Origin: Limnochordales bacterium
GTDB taxonomy: Bacteria > Bacillota > Limnochordia > Limnochordales > Geochordaceae
Direction: 5' to 3'
DNA: 30,381 nt
Assembly: GCA_036563935.1 (NCBI GenBank)
Contig: DATCLL010000075.1
Span: forward strand, 1-30,381
A program made the translations under genes and the position numbers. Below, piece after piece: positions 16,234 through 28,084 of this stretch (positions are counted from its first letter, which is position 1; every line of letters starts with the position of its first letter). Under the pieces are notes generated by a model. It was not told the origin of the DNA, did no database searches, and saw only the letters and a list, made by a program, of their open reading frames with translations.

Positions 16234-17424
16234 TCACCAGGCCGGGTTCCGCTCCACCACCATGGCCACCGCCTCCCCGCCCCCGATGCACAGGGTGGCC
16301 AGCCCGTAGCGCCCCTGCCGCTCCCGCAGCGCATACAGCAGCGTCACCAGCACCCGGGCGCCGCTGGCGCCGATGGGATGGCCCAGGGCCACCGCGCCGC
16401 CCCGCACGTTCACCCGGTCCCGGTCCAGCCCCAGCTCCGCAATGGCCGCCAGGGGCACCACGGCGAAGGCCTCGTTGATTTCGAACAGGTCCACGTCGTC
16501 AACGCCCAGCGACGCCTTCTCCAGCACCTTGCGGATGGCCAGGATGGGCGCCACGGTGAACCACTCGGGGTCCGTGGCCGCCGAGCAAAAGGCCACGATG
16601 CGGGCCAGGGGCACCAGGCCCTGCTGCCGGGCCCGCTCTTCCGCCATCACCACCACCGCGGCCGCCCCGTCGCTGATGCTGGAGGCGTTCCCCGCGGTCA
16701 CCGTGCCGCCCTCGGCGGCGAAGGCGGGCGGCAGCTGGCGGAAGCGCTCGGCCACCAGCCGGCCCGGCTCCTCGTCGGTATCCACCAGACGGGTGGTGCC
16801 CCGCCGGTCCGTCACGGGCACCGGCACGATCTCCTCCCGGAACCGGCCGTCCGCGATGGCCTGCTGCGCGCGCCGGTACGACTCCAGCGCGTAGTCGTCC
16901 TGGGCTTCGCGGGTAAGCCGGCGGGTGCGGGCCAGAAGCTCGGCGCAGTCCCCCATGTGGCAGTCGTTGTAGACGTCCCACAGCCCGTCGTGCAGCAGGC
17001 TGTCCACCAGCCGCCCGTGGCCCATGCGGAGCCCGAAGCGGGCCCCACTGAGAAGGTACGGGGCCGAGGACATGCTCTCCATGCCGCCTGCCACCACCAC
17101 GTCGGCATCGCCGCAGGCGATGGCCTGGGCGGCCAGCATGACCGCCTTCAGCCCCGAACCGCACATCTTGTTGATGGTGAGGCACTCCACCCCGCGGGGA
17201 AGGCCGGCAAACAGCGCCGCCTGCCGGGCCGGAGCCTGGCCCTGGCCCGCCGACAGCACCGTCCCCATGATGACCTCGTCCACCATCTCCCCGGCCACCC
17301 CGGCCCGCTCCAGCGCCCCCCGGATGGCCACCGCCCCCAGCCGGGGCGCCGGCACGCTGCTCAGGGCCCCGCCAAAGGCCCCGATGGGCGTTCGGGCCGC
17401 TCCCACCAGCACCGCCTGGCGCAT
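16234..17424 (-). CDS. Acetyl-CoA C-acetyltransferase (thiolase)
   Basis: ARTPIGAFGG, INKMCGSGLKAV, AGGMESMS, NASSISDGAAA, EINEAFA, GHPIGASG, TLCIGGG. ATG at 17424. Confidence 0.96.
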   Translation of the reverse strand: MRQAVLVGAARTPIGAFGGALSSVPAPRLGAVAIRGALERAGVAGEMVDEVIMGTVLSAGQGQAPARQAALFAGLPRGVECLTINKMCGSGLKAVMLAAQAIACGDADVVVAGGMESMSSAPYLLSGARFGLRMGHGRLVDSLLHDGLWDVYNDCHMGDCAELLARTRRLTREAQDDYALESYRRAQQAIADGRFREEIVPVPVTDRRGTTRLVDTDEEPGRLVAERFRQLPPAFAAEGGTVTAGNASSISDGAAAVVVMAEERARQQGLVPLARIVAFCSAATDPEWFTVAPILAIRKVLEKASLGVDDVDLFEINEAFAVVPLAAIAELGLDRDRVNVRGGAVALGHPIGASGARVLVTLLYALRERQGRYGLATLCIGGGEAVAMVVERNPAW

Positions 17425-17479
17425 GGCACCATCTCCCCCCTGTCCCATCCCACGGGGGGCTGGCCGGGCTGCGGCCGGT

Positions 17480-18259
17480 TCACGCCGGTGACGCCCACCG
17501 GCGCGAGCCCGAAACCCCCAGGGCCAGCCCCGCCGCGGCAAACACGGCCAGCACCACCACGTCACCCGCCGGGCCCAGAAGCTCCACCGGGCCAGCCACC
17601 AGGGCCAGGCGCAGCAGCTCCACCACGTAGGAGACCGGGTTGAGCCAGGCGAAGGCCACCAGCCACGCCGGCTGAACCGCCAGGGGGTACAGCGCGTTGC
17701 TGGCGAACAGCAGCGGAACGTTGAGCAGGGTGAGCACCCCGTGGAAGGCGGCCATGGAGGGAGCACGGGCCGCCAGGGCCGCCGCCAGCCCGGCAAACCC
17801 CGCGGCGAACCCTGCCAGACCCGCCAGAGCCAGCGCGCACGGCCCCGGCCGCAGCTGCCAGCCCGCCCCGACCGCCGCCGCCAGGGCCAGCACCAGCAGG
17901 GCCTGGCCCACCGCCTTGGTCACGGCGCCGCCCAGGGTCCCTGCCAGAATGGCGCTGCGGGGCACCGGCGCCACCAGGTACTGGCGCAGCACGCCGCTGA
18001 GGCGCTCCTGCAGGAGCACCGCGCCGCCCATCACCGCGGAGGATAGCGCGGCCAGCACCGCCGCCCCGGGCGCCATGTACGCCAGGTACCCCTGCCCGAA
18101 CACTGAGCCGGCTCCGGGCAGGCTGGCCACCGCCGACGCCATCCCCACCCCGAACAGCCCCACCAGCAGAACGGGCAGGAACAGCGTCGCGCTCATCTCC
18201 ATAGGGCTTCGCACGAACCGGTACAGGTGCTTCAGGTAAATGGCCACTGCCGCCTGCAC
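17480..18259 (-). CDS. ABC-2 type (DrrB-like) exporter permease
   Basis: About six hydrophobic segments, ERLSGVLRQYLVAPV, FASNALYP, LNPVSYVVE; adjacent to the ATPase. Confidence 0.9.
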   Translation of the reverse strand: MQAAVAIYLKHLYRFVRSPMEMSATLFLPVLLVGLFGVGMASAVASLPGAGSVFGQGYLAYMAPGAAVLAALSSAVMGGAVLLQERLSGVLRQYLVAPVPRSAILAGTLGGAVTKAVGQALLVLALAAAVGAGWQLRPGPCALALAGLAGFAAGFAGLAAALAARAPSMAAFHGVLTLLNVPLLFASNALYPLAVQPAWLVAFAWLNPVSYVVELLRLALVAGPVELLGPAGDVVVLAVFAAAGLALGVSGSRRWASPA

Positions 18260-18262
18260 GGC

Positions 18263-19261
18263 TCAGCCCCCATCCCCTGCCCGCTGGTCTGCCCGCTGGC
18301 CCGGCTGCCCCGGCTGCACGGGCTGCCCCGTCAGGCGCAGGAACAGGTCGTGCAGGGAGGGGCGGTGGACGCTCACCTCCCGCAGGCGCACCCCCAGGCG
18401 CCCGGCCGCCTCCACCACCGCGGCCAGAGCCCTGCCCGAAGAGGCCACGCCGGCCTCCAGGGCGCCGTCCTGGCAGCGCCACCAGTGCGCCCCGGCGGCC
18501 TGAAGCTCCTGGCCCACCCTCTCCAGCGGCCCCTCGGCGCGCACACGCAGCACCTCTTCGCCCAGCTCCCGCACCAGCGCGCCGGGAGCGCCCTGGGCCA
18601 GCACCCTGCCCCTGTCCAGGATGGCCACCTGGTCGGCCACCCGCTCCGCCTCCTCCAGGTAGTGGGTGCTGAACAGCACCGTCAGCTCCCACTCCCGGCG
18701 CAGCCGGCCCAGCACGTCCCACAGGGCTTCGCGGCTGTGGGGGTCCAGCTGGGCGGTGGGCTCGTCCAGCACCAGAAGCTGGGGGCGTCCCAGAAGAGCC
18801 CGGGCCAGCTCCAGCCGCCGCTTCATGCCGCCGGAGTAGGTGGCCACCTTGCGGCCCAGGTGCTGCTCCAACCCCACGGCCCGGGCCACCTGCTCCACCC
18901 GCTCCCGCCGCTCGCTGCGGCCCAGCCCCCACAGCCGGGCGTGAAAGTCCAGCACGGCATGCCCCGGCAGGTCCAGGTCCAGGCTCAGCTCCTGGAAGGC
19001 CACCCCCAGTCGCCGGCGCACCTCGTGAGGCGAGCGGCTCACATCAAACCCCAGCACCTGGGCCCTGCCTGCCGTGGGCAAAAGAAGGGTGGTCAGGATG
19101 CTCAGCAGGGTGGTCTTGCCGGCCCCGTTGGGCCCCACCACGGCAAACAGGCTGCCCCGGGGCACCGCCAGGTCCACCCCCGCCAGCGCGGTGACGGGCC
19201 CGAAGCGGCGCACCAGCCCCTCGGCCAGCACCGCCTCCTGGGAGGTCCGCAAGCGGTCCAC
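18263..19261 (-). CDS. ABC exporter ATP-binding protein (DrrA-like)
   Basis: Walker A GPNGAGKT, signature YSGGMKRR, Walker B LLVLDEPT, H-loop STHY. Confidence 0.94.
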   Translation of the reverse strand: MDRLRTSQEAVLAEGLVRRFGPVTALAGVDLAVPRGSLFAVVGPNGAGKTTLLSILTTLLLPTAGRAQVLGFDVSRSPHEVRRRLGVAFQELSLDLDLPGHAVLDFHARLWGLGRSERRERVEQVARAVGLEQHLGRKVATYSGGMKRRLELARALLGRPQLLVLDEPTAQLDPHSREALWDVLGRLRREWELTVLFSTHYLEEAERVADQVAILDRGRVLAQGAPGALVRELGEEVLRVRAEGPLERVGQELQAAGAHWWRCQDGALEAGVASSGRALAAVVEAAGRLGVRLREVSVHRPSLHDLFLRLTGQPVQPGQPGQRADQRAGDGG

Positions 19262-19266
19262 CGCCC

Positions 19267-20259
19267 TCAGCGCCCCTGGGGAAGGCGCAGGCCCATGCGC
19301 TCCCGGACTTCCTGGATGACCTCCCGGGCCACCCGCCGCGCCCGCTCGGCGCCGCAGGCCGCTATCTCCCAGGCCAGTTCGGGCCGGGCGGAAAGTTCCC
19401 GGTAGCGCTCCTGGATGGGCTGCAGAAGCTCCACCAGGGCCTGGGCCAGCGCGTCCTTCAGTTCCACGTAGCGGATGGTGCCCTCCTGGTAGGCCCGCCG
19501 AAAGTGGTCTACCACCGCTTCGGGGGCGGTCAATTCCAGGAGGGTGAACAGGTTGCGCACCCCGGGGCTCATCTCCGAGCCCGCGGGCCCGGGGTCCGTG
19601 ACGGCCGCCCGAACCTTGGCCCGCACCGTCTCGGGGTCGTCCAGGAGGTCGATGGCCCCCTTCGGCTCGCTCTTGGACATCTTGCGGGTGGGATTGTCCA
19701 GGGACATGATGCGGGCGCCCCGGGTGACGTACGCCTCCGGCAGGGGAAAGGTCTCCCCGAAGAGGTAGTTGAAGCGGCGGGCGATGTCCCGGGTGAGCTC
19801 GATGTGCTGCACCTGGTCCTCGCCCACGGGAACCAGGTCCGCCCGGTACAGCAGGATGTCCGCCGCCTGCAGCACGGGGTAGTTGAGCAGGCCCGCGTTG
19901 ACCGCCTGGGCATGCTGGCGGGCCTTGTCCTTGAACTGGGTCATGCGCTGCAGCTGCCCCAGGGGGGTGATGCAGTTGAACAGCCAGGCCAGCTCCGCAT
20001 GCTCCGGCACCTGGCTTTGCACGAAGATGACGGAGCGGTCGGGATCCAGCCCCGCCGCCACGTTCAGCAGCAGCGCATCCCGGATCCGCCGGGGCATCTC
20101 CCGGGGATCGTAGGGCACCGTCACCGCATGGTAGTCCACGATGCAGAAGTACGAGGGATACTGGTCCTGCAGCGCCACCCAGTTGCGGATGGCCCCCAGC
20201 AGGTTGCCCAGGTGCAGGTTCCCGCTGGGCTGGATGCCGGAGAAGACGACATGCGACAA
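19267..20259 (-). CDS. trpS: Tryptophan--tRNA ligase
   Basis: FSGIQPSGNLHLGN, CIVDYHA, YPVLQAADIL, VPVGEDQ, KMSKS. TTG start follows AGAGGTG. Confidence 0.98.
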   Translation of the reverse strand: MSHVVFSGIQPSGNLHLGNLLGAIRNWVALQDQYPSYFCIVDYHAVTVPYDPREMPRRIRDALLLNVAAGLDPDRSVIFVQSQVPEHAELAWLFNCITPLGQLQRMTQFKDKARQHAQAVNAGLLNYPVLQAADILLYRADLVPVGEDQVQHIELTRDIARRFNYLFGETFPLPEAYVTRGARIMSLDNPTRKMSKSEPKGAIDLLDDPETVRAKVRAAVTDPGPAGSEMSPGVRNLFTLLELTAPEAVVDHFRRAYQEGTIRYVELKDALAQALVELLQPIQERYRELSARPELAWEIAACGAERARRVAREVIQEVRERMGLRLPQGR

Positions 20260-20303
20260 GGCCGTTCCACCTCTGGCCGCAGGGCCCCCGGGGTCTGGCG
20301 CCG

Positions 20304-20312
20304 ATTATAGCA
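20304..20312 (-). promoter_or_regulatory. Extended -10 promoter element for trpS
   Basis: TGcTATAAT, hexamer 20309-20304, about 45 nt upstream of the start; -35 is weak. Confidence 0.7.
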
Positions 20313-20346
20313 CCTCCTGCCGGGCCCGGTCACCTCCTGCCGGGCC
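20311..20346. repeat. 16-bp direct repeat CACCTCCTGCCGGGCC x2, 20-bp period
   Basis: Exact copies at 20311-20326 and 20331-20346 between divergent trpS and MFS. Confidence 0.85.
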
Positions 20347-20399
20347 AAAGGGCCGGGGACCCGCTGGCCGGCCGGTGGCCTCTGTGGTTTAATAGGCCT

Positions 20400-21605
20400 G
20401 TGACACCCTGGCAGCGCAACCTTTACCTGCTGGGCGTGGGGGTCTTTATCGCCCAGGCGGGCTTCTCCATCGTGGTGCCCTTTCTGCCGGCCCTGGTGGA
20501 GGAGCTGGGCGGCGGGCAGGCGGTGGGGTTCTGGTCGGGCCTGCTGCTGGCGGTCAACTTCCTCACCTACAGCCTCATGGCCCCGGTGTGGGGTTCCCTG
20601 TCGGACCGGGTGGGCAAGCGGCCCATGATGGTCCGGGCCGGCCTGGGCATCGCGCTCACCTACGTCTTCATGGCCTTTTCCGGGCAGCTGTGGCAGCTGG
20701 CCCTGTGGCGGGCCGTCAACGGCCTCATCTCCGGCTACATCCCCGCCGCCAACGCGCTGGTGGCCAGCACCAGCCCGGACGACCGGCTGGGCTGGTCCCT
20801 GGGGTTTTTGCAGGGCGCCAGCGCCGCCGGGCTGGTCAGCGGCCCCCTCATCGGGGGGCTCGCCGCGGAGTGGGCGGGCGTCCGGGGAGCCCTGCTGGTG
20901 GCGGCCCTGCTGCTGGGGCTGGCGGGGCTGCTGCCCCTGTGGCTGCCCCCCGAGCCGGCGGTCTCCCGCTCGGAGGACCGCCGCCTGTGGGCCCGGGCCG
21001 CCTGGCAGGGCGTGCGGGACTGCCTGGCCGACGCCTACCTGCGCCGCCTCTTCGGCCTGCAGGCCCTCTTTGTGGCCGGGCAGTTCCTGGTGCAGCCCAC
21101 CCTGCCCCTGTACGTGGCGGAGCGGGTGCCCGAGGATCCGCTGCTGGCCACCGGACTGGTCTACTCGGTGGTAGGGGTGGCCACGGCGGTGGGCTCGCCC
21201 CTGGCCTCGCGGTTCAGCGACCGGGACGCCGGCGCCACGTTGCGCTGGGCCCTGGCGGGCTCCGCCGCGCTGGCGGCCGTCCACGCCGCCGCCACCACCC
21301 TGGCCCTGCTGACGCTGGTGCGCTTCGTCTTCGCGCTGTGCACCAGCGCTGCCGCCGTGGCCCTGGGGGTGCTCATCGCCCGCAGGGTGCCCGCCACGGA
21401 GCGGGGCGCCACCTTCGGGGTGCTGCAGTCGGTGACCGGGGTGGCCAGCGCGGTGGGGCCCCTGCTGGGCGGGCTGGTGGGGGACACCCTGGGGCTTGAG
21501 GCCTCCTTCTGGGCCATGGCCGTCACCCTGGCGGCGGGGTGGTTCTTCTGCCCCGGCCGGCCCCGCACCGCCGCGGCCTTGAGCGGCCGGGGGCCTACCC
21601 CGTGA
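20400..21605 (+). CDS. MFS efflux transporter (DHA1/MdtG-like)
   Basis: WQRNLYLL...FSIVVPFLP, motif A GSLSDRVGKRP, about 12 hydrophobic segments, ERGATFG. Confidence 0.92.
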   Translation: MTPWQRNLYLLGVGVFIAQAGFSIVVPFLPALVEELGGGQAVGFWSGLLLAVNFLTYSLMAPVWGSLSDRVGKRPMMVRAGLGIALTYVFMAFSGQLWQLALWRAVNGLISGYIPAANALVASTSPDDRLGWSLGFLQGASAAGLVSGPLIGGLAAEWAGVRGALLVAALLLGLAGLLPLWLPPEPAVSRSEDRRLWARAAWQGVRDCLADAYLRRLFGLQALFVAGQFLVQPTLPLYVAERVPEDPLLATGLVYSVVGVATAVGSPLASRFSDRDAGATLRWALAGSAALAAVHAAATTLALLTLVRFVFALCTSAAAVALGVLIARRVPATERGATFGVLQSVTGVASAVGPLLGGLVGDTLGLEASFWAMAVTLAAGWFFCPGRPRTAAALSGRGPTP

Positions 21606-22539
21606 CCTCCCGGATGGCCTGCTGCAACACCGCAGCCGATCGCTTCAGGGCCTGCAGTTCCTCGGGCGCCAGGGGCAGCTCCACCACCCGGCGCACCCCT
21701 TCGCGGCCCACCACGCAGGGAAGTCCCAGGTAGACGTCGGAAAGCCCGTAGTGGCCATCCACCAGGGTGGAGACCGTGAGCACCGACGCCTCGTCGTACA
21801 GGATGCTCTCCAGGATGCGGCAGACGGCCATGGCTACCGCGTAGTAGGTGGCTCCTTTGCGCTGGATGATGGCGTAGGCGGCCGTGCGCACCTCCTGCAG
21901 GATGCGGTCCAGCTCCCGCTGCAAAGCCTCTTCCTGCCCTGCCGCCAGCTCCGCCAGGCGCACCCCGGCGATGTTGGCCAGGCTCCAGGCGGCAAACTCG
22001 CTGTCGCCGTGCTCGCCCAGGATGTAGGCGTGCACGCTGCGGGGATCGACCCCGAAGTGCTGCCCCAGCAGGTAGCGCAGGCGCAGGGTGTCCAGCAGGG
22101 TGCCCGAGCCGATGACCCGGGACGCAGGAAGCCCCGATGCCCGGAACGCGACGTAGCTGAGCACGTCCACGGGGTTGGTGACCACCAGCAGGATGGCCTG
22201 GGGGGCGTGGGCCTGGATGTGGGACACCACCTCCCTCATCACGGCCACGTTGCGCCGCAGCAGGTCCAGGCGGGTCTCGCCGGGCCGCTGGTTGACCCCG
22301 GCCGCGACCACCACCACATCGGCGCCCTGCAGCTGCTCGTAGCCGCCGGCCACAATGGCCCGGGGGCTGGCCAGGGGCATGCCGTGGTTGAGGTCCATGG
22401 CGTCCCCCTCCGCCTTGGCCCGGTTCACGTCCACCAGCACCATGTCGGCCCTCGGCCCCCGCAGCAGCATGGTGTAGGCGATGGTGGAGCCCACCAGCCC
22501 GCAGCCCACGATGCCCACCTTGGGTAGCGCCTGGCCCAT
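21595..22539 (-). CDS. ldh: L-lactate dehydrogenase
   Basis: GCGLVG, AEGDAMDL, GVNQRPGETRLDLLRRN (LDH-type Gln), VTNPVD, GSGTLLD, LGEHGDSE, KGATYYAV. ATG at 22608 is an alternative start. Confidence 0.93.
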   Translation of the reverse strand: MGQALPKVGIVGCGLVGSTIAYTMLLRGPRADMVLVDVNRAKAEGDAMDLNHGMPLASPRAIVAGGYEQLQGADVVVVAAGVNQRPGETRLDLLRRNVAVMREVVSHIQAHAPQAILLVVTNPVDVLSYVAFRASGLPASRVIGSGTLLDTLRLRYLLGQHFGVDPRSVHAYILGEHGDSEFAAWSLANIAGVRLAELAAGQEEALQRELDRILQEVRTAAYAIIQRKGATYYAVAMAVCRILESILYDEASVLTVSTLVDGHYGLSDVYLGLPCVVGREGVRRVVELPLAPEELQALKRSAAVLQQAIREVTG

Positions 22540-22665
22540 CCCTGCCACCGCCTTTCCGGCAACGGCGGGGCCGGGGTACGCCCCGGCGTCCACCCCGGCC
22601 CCGCCCATATCTTGCCCCGCCTGGCCCCGCCCGCCTGCCCCGGGGCGGGCACAGGACCTGGCCCC

Positions 22666-25107
<2,442 letters not shown>

Positions 25108-25154
25108 GGCCCCTGCCTCCTTTCCTTTCCTGACCGCCCCACCTGCCGTGGCTC

Positions 25155-26231
25155 TCAGGCCGGATGGGCCTCGTGCAGCCGGATGCGCTCCCGGATGAGG
25201 GCCGCCCGGTGCACGTCCCGCTCCGCCGCCGACAGCTCCCGGCCCATGAAGCTCTGCAGGTGGGCGGGGCGGATGAGCACCAGAAGCTCCTTGAGGATCT
25301 GCTGGTTGAGCCCCTGGATGATGCCCAGGTCGATGCCCAGTCGCACCTCCGAAAGCCGCTGCATGGCCTCGTCGGAGCTGATGGCCCGGGAGTAGCGCAG
25401 CACGCCGTAGGAGCGCCACACCCGGTCCTCCACCGCCCGCCGCTCCTGCTGCAGCAGCCGCTGGCGGGCCGAGCGCTCGTGGCCCACCACCTCCCGCACC
25501 AGGTTCAGAAGGTGCTTCAGGATCTCGTCCTCGGTGCGGCCCAGGCTCACCTGGTTGGAGATCTGCACGATGTTGCCGATGGCCTCGGTTCCCTCGCCGT
25601 AAAGCCCCCGCACCGCCACCCCGAACCGGGAGACGGCTTCCAGCACCCGGGCCAGGTTCCCCGTCATGGCCAGGGCGGGCAGGTGCACCATCACCGACGC
25701 CCGCAGACCCGTTCCCACGTTGGTGGGCCACGCCGTCAGGTAGCCTACCCGGGGCGAGAAGGCGTACTCCAGCCGCTCCGACAGCCAGTCGTCCAGCCGG
25801 TCGGCCAGCTCCAGGGCCTCCTCCAGCTGCAGCCCGGCCGCCAGGGCCTGCAGGCGCAGGTGGTCCTCTTCGTTGACCATGATGCTCAACGCCTCGTCCT
25901 CCCGCACCGCAAAGCCCTTCTCCCGCACGTTCTGGGCGTGCATGGGGCTGATGAGGTGGCGCTCCACCAGAAGCTCCCGCTCCAGGGGCGGCACCTCGCT
26001 CATGCGCACGAAGCGCATGGGCCCCCCGTGGGCTGCGTCCAGGTCCGCCAGGGCCTTCCTGACCTGCTCCAGCACCTGCTTGAGCTGGCCGTCGGAAGCC
26101 ACCCCCGGAAAGGGGATGTCCTTGAGGTTGCGCGCCAGGCGGATGCGGCTGCCCAGAACCACGTCCGACTCCGGGCCGTTTTCCGCCATCCAGCCCCGCA
26201 CGTAGCGGCGAACCAACTCCTCGAAGCCCAT
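25155..26231 (-). CDS. mcsB: Protein arginine kinase
   Basis: [66 protein letters not shown] at 26237 is an alternative start. Confidence 0.96.
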   Translation of the reverse strand: MGFEELVRRYVRGWMAENGPESDVVLGSRIRLARNLKDIPFPGVASDGQLKQVLEQVRKALADLDAAHGGPMRFVRMSEVPPLERELLVERHLISPMHAQNVREKGFAVREDEALSIMVNEEDHLRLQALAAGLQLEEALELADRLDDWLSERLEYAFSPRVGYLTAWPTNVGTGLRASVMVHLPALAMTGNLARVLEAVSRFGVAVRGLYGEGTEAIGNIVQISNQVSLGRTEDEILKHLLNLVREVVGHERSARQRLLQQERRAVEDRVWRSYGVLRYSRAISSDEAMQRLSEVRLGIDLGIIQGLNQQILKELLVLIRPAHLQSFMGRELSAAERDVHRAALIRERIRLHEAHPA

Positions 26232-26233
26232 GG

Positions 26234-26761
26234 TCACGAAGCCCCCCTCTCCAGGGCCCGGATCTGGTCCCGCAGCTGCGCCGCCCTCTCGTACTGCTCC
26301 GCCTCGATGGCCTGGCGCAGCTCCTCCCGCAGCCGCTCCAGGGTGCGCCGCCGGGCTGCCTCGCCCCGCTGGTGGGGATGCTTGCCGGTATGGTCGGTAG
26401 CCCCGTGCAGGCGCTTGAGCACCGGCACCAGCTCCCGCTCGAAGGTCTCGTAGCACCGGCTGCAGCCCAGCTGACCCAGCCGCTTGAAGTCCGACCAGCT
26501 CAGCCCGCAGTTGGGGCAGCGCTGGCGGGCCCGCCCCGGCAGCTCCGCGGCGGGGGCCTCGGGGCCGGGCAGGTCGAAGAAGGACTTGATGAAGTCCCCC
26601 AGCGTGGAACCCCACCACGAGGGGCCCACGTTCAGTTCCGGCCACTCGCCCGTCTCCCGGGCACAGCTTTCGCACAGATGCTTCTCCGTGCGTACGCCGT
26701 TTTCGATGCGCACCTTGTGGACGGTAGCGGGGCGAACCCCGCACCGCTCGCACGTGGCCAT
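26234..26761 (-). CDS. mcsA: Arginine kinase activator McsA
   Basis: CERC, CESC, CPNC, CSRC motifs; C-terminal [19 protein letters not shown] at 26761 follows AGGAGG. Confidence 0.95.
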   Translation of the reverse strand: MATCERCGVRPATVHKVRIENGVRTEKHLCESCARETGEWPELNVGPSWWGSTLGDFIKSFFDLPGPEAPAAELPGRARQRCPNCGLSWSDFKRLGQLGCSRCYETFERELVPVLKRLHGATDHTGKHPHQRGEAARRRTLERLREELRQAIEAEQYERAAQLRDQIRALERGAS

Positions 26762-26787
26762 GGGACATCGCCTCCTGCCTGGGCAGC

Positions 26788-27303
26788 TCAGGGGGCTTCC
26801 TCGTCGCCCTCGCCGTCGCCCTCCTGGTCGTCCAGCCACTGCACCAGCGCCATGGTCAGGGCTGCCCGCAGGAGGGCCGCCCGAACCTGGTCCCGGACCT
26901 CCTCGGGCACCCACTGGGCCTGCCGCCGCAACGTCGCCCGCCAGACGGCGGCCGCCCGCACGCTGAGCAGCCCGGCCTCCACCAGGCGGCTGATGATGGC
27001 CTCCGCCTGCCGCGCCGAAAGCCGGGCCCCTGCCTGATCCAGGAGCTGGCGCACCAGGGCCAGCCGGCTTGCGCCGGGGCTGGTCACCCGCAGGATGCGC
27101 ACGTAGCCGCCGCCGCCCCTGCGGCTCACCACCACGAAGCCCCGCTCGGGGGTGAACCGGGTCTCCAGCACGTAGCTGATCTGGGACGGCACGCAGGAGA
27201 AGCGGGTGGCCAGCTCGGCCCGGCGGATCTCCACGAAGTCCTGCGAGCTCTGCCGGAACAGCTCCTGGATGTACCGCTCGATGGCATCGGCCAGCGTTGC
27301 CAT
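26788..27303 (-). CDS. ctsR: Class III heat-shock repressor
   Basis: LADAIERYI, FSCVPSQISYVLETRFT, SRRGGGGYVRI. ATG at 27303. Confidence 0.96.
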   Translation of the reverse strand: MATLADAIERYIQELFRQSSQDFVEIRRAELATRFSCVPSQISYVLETRFTPERGFVVVSRRGGGGYVRILRVTSPGASRLALVRQLLDQAGARLSARQAEAIISRLVEAGLLSVRAAAVWRATLRRQAQWVPEEVRDQVRAALLRAALTMALVQWLDDQEGDGEGDEEAP

Positions 27304-27330
27304 CAGGGCCGCTGCCTCCCGCACCGCTCG

Positions 27331-27353
27331 TTTGACTTTATCTGACTTTGACT
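27331..27353 (-). promoter_or_regulatory. CtsR operator (heptad direct repeats)
   Basis: Minus strand AGTCAAAGTCAGATAAAGTCAAA matches RGTCAAA-N3-RGTCAAA, with a third overlapping heptad. Confidence 0.92.
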
Positions 27354-27362
27354 TTCAGCCGC

Positions 27363-27391
27363 ATTATCGCGCGGTCCCGGACGCCGTGCAA
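27363..27391 (-). promoter_or_regulatory. sigmaA promoter of the ctsR operon
   Basis: TTGCAC (27391-27386), 17-nt spacer, GATAAT (27368-27363), immediately upstream of the CtsR boxes. Confidence 0.8.
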
Positions 27392-27483
27392 GGGGGTACC
27401 CTGCAGTCTTCCCCCTCCCCCGCCGGGGAGCGGAGCAGGACCCCCTCCGGCCGCTCATAGCCTGGGGCGGGGGGGCCTGGACC

Positions 27484-28071
27484 ATGATGAACGCCATCTG
27501 GGCCGCTCTTCTGGTGGGCGGCGTGGTGCACGCAGGCCTGTCGGGACAGGCGGGGGTGGTGACCCGGGCCCTGGCGGAGGGGTGCGCGCAGGCCGTGCGG
27601 CTGTCGCTGGAACTTCTGGGGCTCCTGGCCTTCTGGTCCGGCCTCATGGGCATCGCCGACGAAGCCGGCCTCACCCGGGCCCTGGCCAGGGCCCTGATAC
27701 CCGTGAGCCGCCGGCTGTTTTCCGGGGTGGCTCCCGACAGCCCGGCCATGGGGGCCGTGGCCTTCGCCCTCAGCGCCAACATGCTGGGCCTGGGGAACGC
27801 GGCCACACCCCTGGGCCTGCGGGCCATGCGGGAGCTTCAGCGCCTCAACCCCACCCCCGACCGGGCCTCTCCGGCCATGTGCACGCTGCTGGCGCTGTGC
27901 ACCTCCAGCGTCACCCTGGTGCCCACCGGCGTCATATCCCTGCGGGCCGTGGCCGGGGCCTCCTCTCCGGCCGACATCCTGCTGCCCACCCTGGTGGCCA
28001 CCACCTACTCCACCCTGGTGGCCCTGGTGGCCGACGGCTACTTCCGCTCCCGGCTGGAAGCTACCGGGTAG
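27484..28071 (+). CDS. spmA: Spore maturation protein A
   Basis: MMNAIW, AFWSGLMGIA, SANMLGLGNAATPLGLRAMRELQRLNP, AMCTLLAL, SSVTLVPT. Confidence 0.93.
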   Translation: MMNAIWAALLVGGVVHAGLSGQAGVVTRALAEGCAQAVRLSLELLGLLAFWSGLMGIADEAGLTRALARALIPVSRRLFSGVAPDSPAMGAVAFALSANMLGLGNAATPLGLRAMRELQRLNPTPDRASPAMCTLLALCTSSVTLVPTGVISLRAVAGASSPADILLPTLVATTYSTLVALVADGYFRSRLEATG

Positions 28072-28084
28072 GAGGGGTCCGGCC

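Noticed and set aside
18257-18265. ABC ATPase TGA is in frame with the permease GTG
   Set aside because: Ordinary tight operon spacing; no redox motif around the TGA and no evident SECIS.
2766-20346. Short direct repeats at 2766, 14571 and 20311 as CRISPR or mobile-element ends
   Set aside because: Only two copies each, mutually different, too short, and no cas, transposase or integrase gene in the window.
27331-27353. Third overlapping CtsR heptad as a novelty
   Set aside because: Extra heptads are known at ctsR operon promoters; kept as a feature only.
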